This document shows, piece after piece, positions 32,137-40,115 of a stretch of DNA of 64,000 bases. The number at the start of each line of letters is the position of its first letter. The stretch's first letter is position 1. The notes under the pieces are model-generated. The model had not been told where the DNA came from and made no database searches. It was given only the letters and a program-made list of their open reading frames with translations. The position numbers and the translations under genes were made by a program. Origin of the DNA: Promethearchaeota archaeon. GTDB taxonomy: Archaea; Asgardarchaeota; Lokiarchaeia; Sigyniarchaeales; SOKP01. The stretch is from positions 32,001 to 96,000 of the forward strand of contig JBHLMQ010000006.1 in the NCBI GenBank assembly GCA_048938005.1, given 5' to 3'.

Positions 32137-33360
32137 TTATTCTAATTTCAATACTTCTTTTATGTATTGCTCTCCCGGATGTTTAAATAAAATACCTAAT
32201 TCTTTAGGAAAATAAATTGTCACCGCTGAATTTTCTAAAAAAGTATTATGAACTTCATAGGTTGCAGGAATTGTAACAATCATTATTTTCTCTTGCCTAT
32301 TTATTTTAATAATAACTTCAAACCGATAAAAAACCCCCATAAATTTTCGGCGATTTATTTTTCCTAAACAAGCATTTTTTTTATCTTTTATTCGATTTCC
32401 TAACCTTATCTTCATATGATTAGCTCGAACTACTAATATTATTTTATCTCCATGATTAATCTTATCGAATTTGCCCTTCTTCACATATGCGGCAACCATA
32501 TCATCAAAACCTATGTCTATTGGCATTGGAATTGAATCTTTATGAATTTCTGTATAGAATTTATCACTCTGCTTTGATTTTTTATAAATATCCCAAGTTG
32601 GTTTATTGTTTTTTATACATTTTCCCTCAAAGATATTTATTTCACTCATGAAATTTGCAACAAAGAGATTTATTGGATTATAGTAGATTTCATTAGGTGT
32701 TCCGATTTGAATAATTTTTCCTTGATCCATAACAGCTAATCTGTCAGCAACCATCATAGCTTCTTGCTCATCATTAGTTACGTGTATTACTGTCAATTCT
32801 AATTCTTTAGATTTTGCCATTAATAATAGTTCTCTCCGTAATTCCATTCTAAGCCCTGCATCAAGGGCTTTTAAAGGTTCATCTAATATTAATAACTTAG
32901 TTTGCTCTAGATTTAAAAGAGCTCGACATAAAGCAACTCGTTGTTTCATACCACCACTTAATTCTTCTGGTATAGCTGTATTTCTTCCTGTTAAAAGTGT
33001 CATCATCAAAACTTGATCTACAAGGATTTGTGTCTGCTTGGGATCTCTAGCATGAACCCGACTACTATATGAAATATTTTCTACAATGTTCATATGGGGA
33101 AATAAAGCATAATTTTCGAACATAAATCCCAAATTACGTTCCTCAGATGTTAGTTTTGTTACTTCTTTACTATTAAAAAATATCTTTCCATTATCCGGTT
33201 TTTCAAGACCTGCTATTATTTTAAGTAAAGTAGTTTTGCCTGCCCCTGTTGGACCAAGAATTATAAAATACTCTTTATCCTTAATTTCAAGTGAAATTTC
33301 ATCAAGAGCTTGGAAATTTCTGAAAGATTTCGAAACGTTCTTTAATTCAATTCTTACCAT
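32137..33360 (-). CDS. ABC transporter ATPase (PotA/FbpC-like, TOBE domain)
   Basis: GPTGAGKTT, LSGGMKQRVAL, LILDEPL, HVTND. Confidence 0.9.
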   Translation of the reverse strand: MVRIELKNVSKSFRNFQALDEISLEIKDKEYFIILGPTGAGKTTLLKIIAGLEKPDNGKIFFNSKEVTKLTSEERNLGFMFENYALFPHMNIVENISYSSRVHARDPKQTQILVDQVLMMTLLTGRNTAIPEELSGGMKQRVALCRALLNLEQTKLLILDEPLKALDAGLRMELRRELLLMAKSKELELTVIHVTNDEQEAMMVADRLAVMDQGKIIQIGTPNEIYYNPINLFVANFMSEINIFEGKCIKNNKPTWDIYKKSKQSDKFYTEIHKDSIPMPIDIGFDDMVAAYVKKGKFDKINHGDKIILVVRANHMKIRLGNRIKDKKNACLGKINRRKFMGVFYRFEVIIKINRQEKIMIVTIPATYEVHNTFLENSAVTIYFPKELGILFKHPGEQYIKEVLKLE

Positions 33361-33378
33361 TTATTCTCACCAATATTA

Positions 33379-34524
33379 TTATGTCAAAGAAAGTTCATTG
33401 AATAGATTTTCAGGACTCTTAAATATATGCATATCATCCATATGAATACCAATTATCAATTCCTGTCCCGGAATAAAGTTTTCCTCAAAATTTCCAGGCT
33501 TTAAGGATGAAAATCTATCTCCATTATCCAATATTAAATAAAACCTTTTAGTTGTTCCTATAAATCTTGAAATTTCTAAAATTGCATTAAATAATTGCAT
33601 TTTAGACCAATCATATGGACTGGATTCAAAATTATAATCTTTTGGAAATAGATAAACATCTTCAAAACGAAAGGCAATAACAAGATTATCATCAAGATTA
33701 AATCTATTTTTAAAATTATTGCATACGATTTGCGGGCCACCTAAACGAATCCAGACATTCATTTTTTCATTTTCTAATAGTTTCAGAACAAATCCTTGGA
33801 AAAAATTTGTTTCTCCTAAAAAATTTGCAACAAATATACTGTTTGGATTCTCATATAATTCATATGGAGTCCCCATTTGAAGTATTCTTCCGGATCTCAT
33901 AATGATTATTTTATCTGCGATTGCCATCGCTTCTTCTTGATTATGAGTTACATGTATAGCTGTTAAACCTAAATCCTTGATTAGGTTTCTTAGCTCATGA
34001 CGGAATACTTTTGATACTTTTGGATCTAATGAACCTAAGGGTTCATCCATGATTAAAATTTTAGCTCCGGTTGCTATAGCTCGAGCGATACCCAATTTCT
34101 GTAAACCTGGATTTCCGAATATGTTTGGATATTCATCTGCATAATCTAATAATCCAACCATATTTAATGCTTTTTCAGCTTCTTTTATAATATAATCATC
34201 TTCATACCCACGCATCTCTAAACCAAATGTGACATTTTCCCATACAGTTAAGTGTTCAAAAATTTCAAAATGTTGAAAAATGAAACCCATATCTCTATTT
34301 TCGGGTGGTATTCCCTGTACCTTTTTTCCCTCTATTAAAACTTCTCCGCTCGTTGGTTCTTCAAGCCCTGCAATCATTCTTAATGTAGTAGTTTTTCCAC
34401 ATCCAGTAGGTCCAAGGAGAAATACATAATCTCCATCATCAATTTTTAGAGAGACATTATCAACCGCAAGAACTCGTCCTTCATTGAAAGTTTTGCTGAC
34501 ATTTATTAATTCTATCGAAGGTAT
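33379..34524 (-). CDS. ABC transporter ATPase with degenerate signature; probable ATA start
   Basis: Frame extends 49 codons above ATG 34377 to include Walker A GPTGCGKTT; GGAGGT 7 nt before ATA 34524; LSGG replaced by FGNP. Confidence 0.88.
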   Translation of the reverse strand: MPSIELINVSKTFNEGRVLAVDNVSLKIDDGDYVFLLGPTGCGKTTTLRMIAGLEEPTSGEVLIEGKKVQGIPPENRDMGFIFQHFEIFEHLTVWENVTFGLEMRGYEDDYIIKEAEKALNMVGLLDYADEYPNIFGNPGLQKLGIARAIATGAKILIMDEPLGSLDPKVSKVFRHELRNLIKDLGLTAIHVTHNQEEAMAIADKIIIMRSGRILQMGTPYELYENPNSIFVANFLGETNFFQGFVLKLLENEKMNVWIRLGGPQIVCNNFKNRFNLDDNLVIAFRFEDVYLFPKDYNFESSPYDWSKMQLFNAILEISRFIGTTKRFYLILDNGDRFSSLKPGNFEENFIPGQELIIGIHMDDMHIFKSPENLFNELSLT

Positions 34525-34525
34525 T

Positions 34526-36163
34526 TTAATTACCTCCCTTTTTTTTAATTGTTCGTAAAATAAAAATCAAAAAGGCGCTAAAGATTATAACAATTACACT
34601 GGCGAATATAGCACTGGGAAATGCATTTGCCTCTACCCAATCAACTATAAGGACTGGTACGGTCCTAATACTGCCCATAACTACAATGGTAGCTCCTGTT
34701 TCCCCTAAAGAGCGAGTAAATACCATAATACAACCAGCAATAATTCCTTGTTTTATATTAGGAAGTGTTATCCTTCTAAATACCGTTAAATTTGATGCAC
34801 CTAAAGTACGAGCCGCTTCCTCAACCCCTTTATTTGAAGTTTCCAATACTCCTATAATGGGTCTTACCATGTAAGGAAAGGTAAAAGCAACATGGACGAA
34901 TAAAATCATAAAAAATCCAGACTGAAACAATCCTAAACCTGCGGGACCCCAAAATAAGAAGGTTGCAAATCCTAAAGCTGCTGAAGGTATTGCTATAGGG
35001 ATATCTAAAATTGTATCTAAAAATGTTATAATCCTACCCCACTTTCTTTTAGTAATTATAAATGCAAATGGAATTCCAAAAATGAGGTTAATCAAGACAG
35101 CCAAGGCACCTATTCCTATTGAATAAATAAAGCTCGTGTACAAATATGCCCATTTATAATCTTGCCCTAAAAACAAATCTCCTATTAAATTTTCTCCAAA
35201 TAAATCAACAATTATATAAAAAGCAGGAATAAGAATAAAACTTAGGAGAATTACTAATGCTAGAATATCTCTTAAATATCTTAAATTCCTACGACTTAAG
35301 AATCGTTCTATCCTGGGCCAAACTGATTTCACTGGAAATCCTACCTTTCGAGTTAAGAACTTAATTGAAAAAAGGAGTATAAGTGAAATTGCTATTAATA
35401 TACCTGCTAATAGTGAAGCAGATGGTATCTCTAATTGTCTTCTAAACCCTACAATCATAATGGGTGCGGTTTCAACCAAACCTGAAAGTATAATTGTAGC
35501 GCCTGTTTCACCGAGACTTCTTGTAAATGCTAGAACTGCTCCCGCAATTAATCCCTCTTTCATCATTGGTAATGTAATTGTCCGAAAAACTGTAAATCCT
35601 GGAGCTCCTAGAGTTCGAGCTGCGTCTTCATATAATGTAGAGGTTTTTTCTAATACAATTTTCATATTACGTACAATATAAGGAAATGTGAAAATTACAT
35701 GCCCAAATAAAATTAATATAAATCCCGGTTCAATCCCAAATATCCCCCAAAATAATAATACAGAAAAACCTAACGCACTCGTTGGAATTGCCATAGGTAA
35801 ATCTACTAGGGCATCAAGAATTTTTTTTCCTCTAAAATCATAGCGGGTTAATATGATTGAAATTGGAAAAGCAATTATGATATCAATTGCAACAGCAATT
35901 GCAGCAATAGTGAATGAATAACCAAGAGCGCTCAACATATTGAGCCATTGTAGATTTCCTAATAACTCATCATTAAATACATCTTGATTTATAGCTGGAA
36001 TATTTAAGAGAATAGTTGAAAAAATGTTAATTACAGGACCAATAATAACTAAAAGAAAGAAAATAATAACAATAATATCTAAGCTTTTTCGATATATAGG
36101 TTTAGAAAAAAATCTGTCTACTTTTAAATTAAAAGGTAATTTTAATTCATCAACTATATGCAT
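34526..36163 (-). CDS. Fused double ABC permease (FbpB/ThiP/ModB-like)
   Basis: Two EAA loops (EDAARTLGA, EEAARTLGA) and FTRSLGETGAT twice; possible ATT start at 36211. Confidence 0.92.
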   Translation of the reverse strand: MHIVDELKLPFNLKVDRFFSKPIYRKSLDIIVIIFFLLVIIGPVINIFSTILLNIPAINQDVFNDELLGNLQWLNMLSALGYSFTIAAIAVAIDIIIAFPISIILTRYDFRGKKILDALVDLPMAIPTSALGFSVLLFWGIFGIEPGFILILFGHVIFTFPYIVRNMKIVLEKTSTLYEDAARTLGAPGFTVFRTITLPMMKEGLIAGAVLAFTRSLGETGATIILSGLVETAPIMIVGFRRQLEIPSASLLAGILIAISLILLFSIKFLTRKVGFPVKSVWPRIERFLSRRNLRYLRDILALVILLSFILIPAFYIIVDLFGENLIGDLFLGQDYKWAYLYTSFIYSIGIGALAVLINLIFGIPFAFIITKRKWGRIITFLDTILDIPIAIPSAALGFATFLFWGPAGLGLFQSGFFMILFVHVAFTFPYMVRPIIGVLETSNKGVEEAARTLGASNLTVFRRITLPNIKQGIIAGCIMVFTRSLGETGATIVVMGSIRTVPVLIVDWVEANAFPSAIFASVIVIIFSAFLIFILRTIKKKGGN

Positions 36164-36223
36164 CTCTTCCAGATACTGGATTTCTTTTTTATTTTTTTTG
36201 TGTGATCTAATTTTTATAACCTC

Positions 36224-37348
36224 CTATGCTGTTGCTTTACAAAGTAGCCATAAATCTGGAATTTTCAACAAAATCTCTCCATCTTTAGGTATTTTTAATT
36301 CCGGTATGTTAAGTTCGTAGGCAATTCCATTATTTTCATAATTAAAGACTTCGGGATCTAAGGGAATTGAAGGATCAATTGGTCTAAAACCATATTGTAG
36401 TGCAGATGCAACAGTTTCATTCTTATTAAGAAAATTTAGAAAGGATTCTGCTACTACTCTTTGTTCAGATGTAATCCAATTAGCATTTAATATACAAAAG
36501 GGGTGATCACTGTATAAAGTTCCTTCCTCGGGGTAAATAGCAATTATTTTGCCTCCAGTTGCGGTACTCGATATATCTCTTATTAAATTTTCGTATAAAA
36601 AAGCTATATTTAAAGCACTAGGGCCTTCACTTTTCATATAACGAGCTAAAAATCCTGTAGATTTTCCATACAATACCGCTCTTGATTCAAATTCCCTCAA
36701 CCATTGTTGATTGTTTGAATTAGTAAGATCACTTATTGATAAATTTTCTGAAGGTGTCCCTGAGACTGCAGATAATGCCATAATAACGCTCATAAAACCA
36801 GAATTTGACAGACGTGGATCAGTGTGAGCCATTCTGATATTTAAACTTTGATCTAAACTTAAATTATGAACATCTGCAAATCCTTTAATATTATGAGTTA
36901 AGTTAAAAGCTTCCCACGTAGCAATTACTATAGGAGAATATATTATTTTTACAGCATCACTAATATTAACTATAGGATCTATGCTTTTAGTTAAATCCGC
37001 CCACTTTTTATTTAATATAGGCATCCAAATCGAACTAGCAGGGCTCCAAATCGTTGGAAATATCTCACTATTTAACATAGAAATTATTGAATCTGAAGAA
37101 CCATATGGATGCATATCGATGCTAATTGGTTCATCTGGATGTGTGTTTTTCCATTCATCCATAAAATCTGAGTAAGCAACAGTCATCCAGCTTGCCTTTT
37201 CAGAACTATAAATGATCGTAATATGAATTTTCTGTCCTGCGGCCCCAAGTATAATATTGGCAGAGAGACTTCCAATAAAGAACCCTAATATAAAAATAAT
37301 CACTATATTTATTTTATTTTGCTTTTTAACTTTGCGTGATTGATTCAT
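36224..37348 (-). CDS. ABC substrate-binding protein (PBP2; vWA-associated SBP type, no vWA domain)
   Basis: N-terminal TM; YSSEK..W, PTIWSPASS.W, SPIVIA.W, HTDP..SNSG, YP.EGT..SDHP, YGFRP. Confidence 0.85.
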   Translation of the reverse strand: MNQSRKVKKQNKINIVIIFILGFFIGSLSANIILGAAGQKIHITIIYSSEKASWMTVAYSDFMDEWKNTHPDEPISIDMHPYGSSDSIISMLNSEIFPTIWSPASSIWMPILNKKWADLTKSIDPIVNISDAVKIIYSPIVIATWEAFNLTHNIKGFADVHNLSLDQSLNIRMAHTDPRLSNSGFMSVIMALSAVSGTPSENLSISDLTNSNNQQWLREFESRAVLYGKSTGFLARYMKSEGPSALNIAFLYENLIRDISSTATGGKIIAIYPEEGTLYSDHPFCILNANWITSEQRVVAESFLNFLNKNETVASALQYGFRPIDPSIPLDPEVFNYENNGIAYELNIPELKIPKDGEILLKIPDLWLLCKATA

Positions 37349-37376
37349 AATTTTCTAAGGGTCATTATATTTTAGT

Positions 37377-37475
37377 TTAAATAAAAGATCTAATATAACT
37401 ATCTAAAAAAGTGAACAAGATACCACATAATATCCCTAATATCAATACGATTAGAAACAAGGTTCCTTTGTTCAT
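37377..37475 (-). CDS. 32-aa single-TM peptide heading the ABC operon
   Basis: MNKGTLFLIVLILGILCGILFTFLDSYIRSFI*; ends 28 nt before the SBP start. Confidence 0.55.
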   Translation of the reverse strand: MNKGTLFLIVLILGILCGILFTFLDSYIRSFI

Positions 37476-37569
37476 AAGACTTGCTTATTCAAACACTATA
37501 TATTTTTTTAAGATTAAAATTACACTTCTGTTTGAAAATAATTAGTTGTAAGTTATTTGAATAGTTTTA

Positions 37570-37605
37570 CTATATATCCTATATAGCCTATATAGAGATA
37601 TATAG
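37570..37605. promoter_or_regulatory. Four tandem CTATATAG-type repeats, candidate Pho-box-like operator
   Basis: CTATATAT 37570, CTATATAG 37579, CTATATAG 37588, ATATATAG 37598. Confidence 0.7.
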
Positions 37606-37619
37606 CTTTGAAGCAATAA

Positions 37620-39194
37620 TTATAGTAAACTCTCTCCAACAATACTCTTATGTGGCTCTTTTCCTAAAATTTTTAATAATGTTGGGACTATATCTGTTAT
37701 TTTACAATAAGTAATGTGCTTATGTGGAATTTCTAAAGATCCTCCTATTATTAATGGAACAACCATACAATTCCGTAAGCCTCTATCATGATCATAGATA
37801 TTTTTACCCTTATGTTTTCCATGATGAATATTAAAAATCACAGTTTCATCATTACTGAGAATAATATCAGAACTTCTAGGATTTTTAAAGTGACGTGGTA
37901 TTAAATCGGGATACATCGGGTAATCAAGATGATGTGTAGCCTCCAACCATTCTTGAGTTGAGTGAAATTTATTATCCAATAAACCACTTGCAATATTATC
38001 ATCTATGTATCCAAAAATATCTTTCTCATCGTTTTCCAAGATATACCGTGTTTTATATTCTAAACCATTTCCATCATATTCAATTCTTCCCTTTATTATT
38101 TCACCAGAAGCTTTGATTTTTCTTTTAAGATATATCGTTCCTTTATTGTATGTATTCCCATTATCTCTGTAGTACATTAGATGGCTTCCAGGGATTCTAT
38201 ATAATTCGTTTAATAGGTTTATTCTTTTCGGACCGTAATTCTTGAGTTCTTTTAGACTAGGGCGAGACCAGCTATTTTTAAAATTGGAGCGATCATTACC
38301 CTTAAAATTAAAGAATCCTACACCTGAATAATCAGCAAGATCCATATTTCCCTTTAAATTTTTAAGAGGGTGATAATGAGTTAAACCATTCTGTCTAAAG
38401 AAGTTTGATAAATTTCCAACTTTATCGGCTTTGTAATTTCCATGGTCTGAAGTAATTGCTATAACAGTATCATCTAAATATCCCATTTTTTCTAAATTAT
38501 CTATTAGTATCCCTATAACTTTATCAATGTGTAATAGATTCAATTTATATATACGCGAATCGAAACCAAACTTATGCAATAAAAGATCAGATGAGATAAA
38601 CCACAGTATCGAGCAAATTGGGGGCTCTGAATTCTCAAAGAATTTTTTAGGTTTCTTGAAAGTTTCCAGCAATTTTTGCATAATTACTGAGTTGGATCTA
38701 ATCATCCTCCTTTTTACACTAGGGTAATATTTTAAAAGGAGATAATACAAGGCAAGTCTTGTTTTTCTTTCAGGAAAAACATAATTAGAACCTCTATTAA
38801 TAAATTGAGCTATACTTGCACTATTACCATCTCCCACCATTTCAAAAATCGTTCTACAATTATTTCCTATTTCATTATTAATTTTGTAGATTTGTAGATT
38901 TTTAGCAGCATAACTTCTTAAAATTGGTGGAGAGAAGTCACGTCCCATCCAATTTATTAATGGAACTCCGTGGGATGGTTCTTTCTTAAAATTTCCAGTA
39001 TAGGTTCCAGTTATTATAGATACGTGGGCAGGATAAGTAATAGGAGGAAAATCAGTTATACAGTTCTCAGAATAAATCCCCTTTTCCAATAATTTTTTCA
39101 TATTAGGGAGTAAACCTTTATTTATATAATCGAAAAAGTGTTCAGCCCTTACGTCGTCAATGATACAAAGAATAACCCTGTTGATCTTATTTAT
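37620..39194 (-). CDS. Alkaline phosphatase superfamily (nucleotide pyrophosphatase/phosphodiesterase); probable ATA start
   Basis: FPPITYPAH...TG, D...H..G, TSDHG; metal-binding ILCIIDDVR lies above ATG 39101, up to ATA 39194 after GGTGA. Confidence 0.88.
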   Translation of the reverse strand: MNKINRVILCIIDDVRAEHFFDYINKGLLPNMKKLLEKGIYSENCITDFPPITYPAHVSIITGTYTGNFKKEPSHGVPLINWMGRDFSPPILRSYAAKNLQIYKINNEIGNNCRTIFEMVGDGNSASIAQFINRGSNYVFPERKTRLALYYLLLKYYPSVKRRMIRSNSVIMQKLLETFKKPKKFFENSEPPICSILWFISSDLLLHKFGFDSRIYKLNLLHIDKVIGILIDNLEKMGYLDDTVIAITSDHGNYKADKVGNLSNFFRQNGLTHYHPLKNLKGNMDLADYSGVGFFNFKGNDRSNFKNSWSRPSLKELKNYGPKRINLLNELYRIPGSHLMYYRDNGNTYNKGTIYLKRKIKASGEIIKGRIEYDGNGLEYKTRYILENDEKDIFGYIDDNIASGLLDNKFHSTQEWLEATHHLDYPMYPDLIPRHFKNPRSSDIILSNDETVIFNIHHGKHKGKNIYDHDRGLRNCMVVPLIIGGSLEIPHKHITYCKITDIVPTLLKILGKEPHKSIVGESLL

Positions 39195-39327
39195 TAAGTT
39201 TCACCACTCGTAATTCTAGTTATGTATACCTATTCTTCCAAATAAATACATACTATTATAAAAAATTAACTAAGATTTTATACAAATATATAGAAAAGAG
39301 AAAAATGGTCTGAAATGTTGGGTATAA

Positions 39328-39432
39328 TGGAGCCCCCGACGGGATTTGAACCCGCGACCTGCAGATTACAAGTCTGCTGCTATACCGCTTAGCCAAATAA
39401 TAAGTTCATAAATTATTTTAAGCTACGGAGGC
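39328..39432 (-). tRNA. tRNA-Thr(TGT) with encoded CCA and ~30-nt intron in the D-arm (about 39389-39418)
   Basis: Acceptor GCCTCCG/CGGGGGC, anticodon arm GCAGA-CTTGTAA-TCTGC, T-arm GCGGG-TTCAAAT-CCCGT; AT-rich hairpin insertion after GCT. Confidence 0.93.
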
Positions 39433-39526
39433 TAGGGGGCTTTATAAATTTAATTTTATATTTTATATGAAAGTGTTATAAATTTTTAATTTTGTGGTTT
39501 TAGACGCTTTTAAAAACTAACCAAAA

Positions 39527-39594
39527 TAATTAAAAGTTTACTTATCTTTTTGTTAATCAATTATCTTATTATTAATTAAAAGTTCACTTATCTT
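39527..39594. repeat. 22-bp direct repeat TAATTAAAAGTTYACTTATCTT x2
   Basis: 39527-39548 and 39573-39594, one mismatch; partial copy AATTATCTT between. Confidence 0.7.
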
Positions 39595-39632
39595 ACTTAG
39601 GAATAATATATAACAAGATGAGGTAAAAAAAA

Positions 39633-39977
39633 GTGTCTCCATTCACGAAAGAGGATGTAACTTCTCTAGCATTTAAAATTTATAAGGAAAATAAGAGTTT
39701 AGATAAATCTATTTGGGAATTGGCTGAGCTTTGTGTCACGATTAATAAAAATGTTAAAGATGGATATGATATCAAACCATTAGAAACAGATAACTTAATT
39801 CTTTTAATAAGAGAAAATGTTAACGGTCAATTGATTGTTCCTTCCGAAGGTGAAATTAAAGTAGTTGCTGAAATTATTTATCATGAAAATCCCTCCAAGA
39901 GTCAACTCGATTGGTACATAGCCGAGAAACAACTTCTTTTAGAAGAAATTAAAAGATTAATTAATAATAACAGATAG
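39633..39977 (+). CDS. Small protein with two internal DUF2934-like repeats
   Basis: LAFKIYKEN...IWELAE versus VAEIIYHEN...DWYIAE; GAGGT SD before GTG. Confidence 0.7.
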   Translation: MSPFTKEDVTSLAFKIYKENKSLDKSIWELAELCVTINKNVKDGYDIKPLETDNLILLIRENVNGQLIVPSEGEIKVVAEIIYHENPSKSQLDWYIAEKQLLLEEIKRLINNNR

Positions 39978-40115
39978 AAACAGATTTTCATAAACACAAA
40001 TCAAGTAATTCTTCCTTTTTCCATATATTAAATAAGGAATAGTGGGTATTATAATAAATATTATAATAATTATTTATATTAGAGATTGAAATATTATTTT
40101 TTATTGGTTTGAAAA

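Noticed and set aside
37570-37605. Simple (TA)n microsatellite or plain TATA boxes
   Set aside because: Units are punctuated with regular 9-10 bp spacing and recur at phosphate genes; kept as operator candidates
26693-39432. Phosphate cluster as an island integrated at tRNA-Thr
   Set aside because: No integrase, no duplicated tRNA 3' end found, no visible composition shift
39527-39594. Mini-CRISPR or replication-origin ORB repeats
   Set aside because: Only two copies, no cas or orc1/cdc6 gene, no G-string
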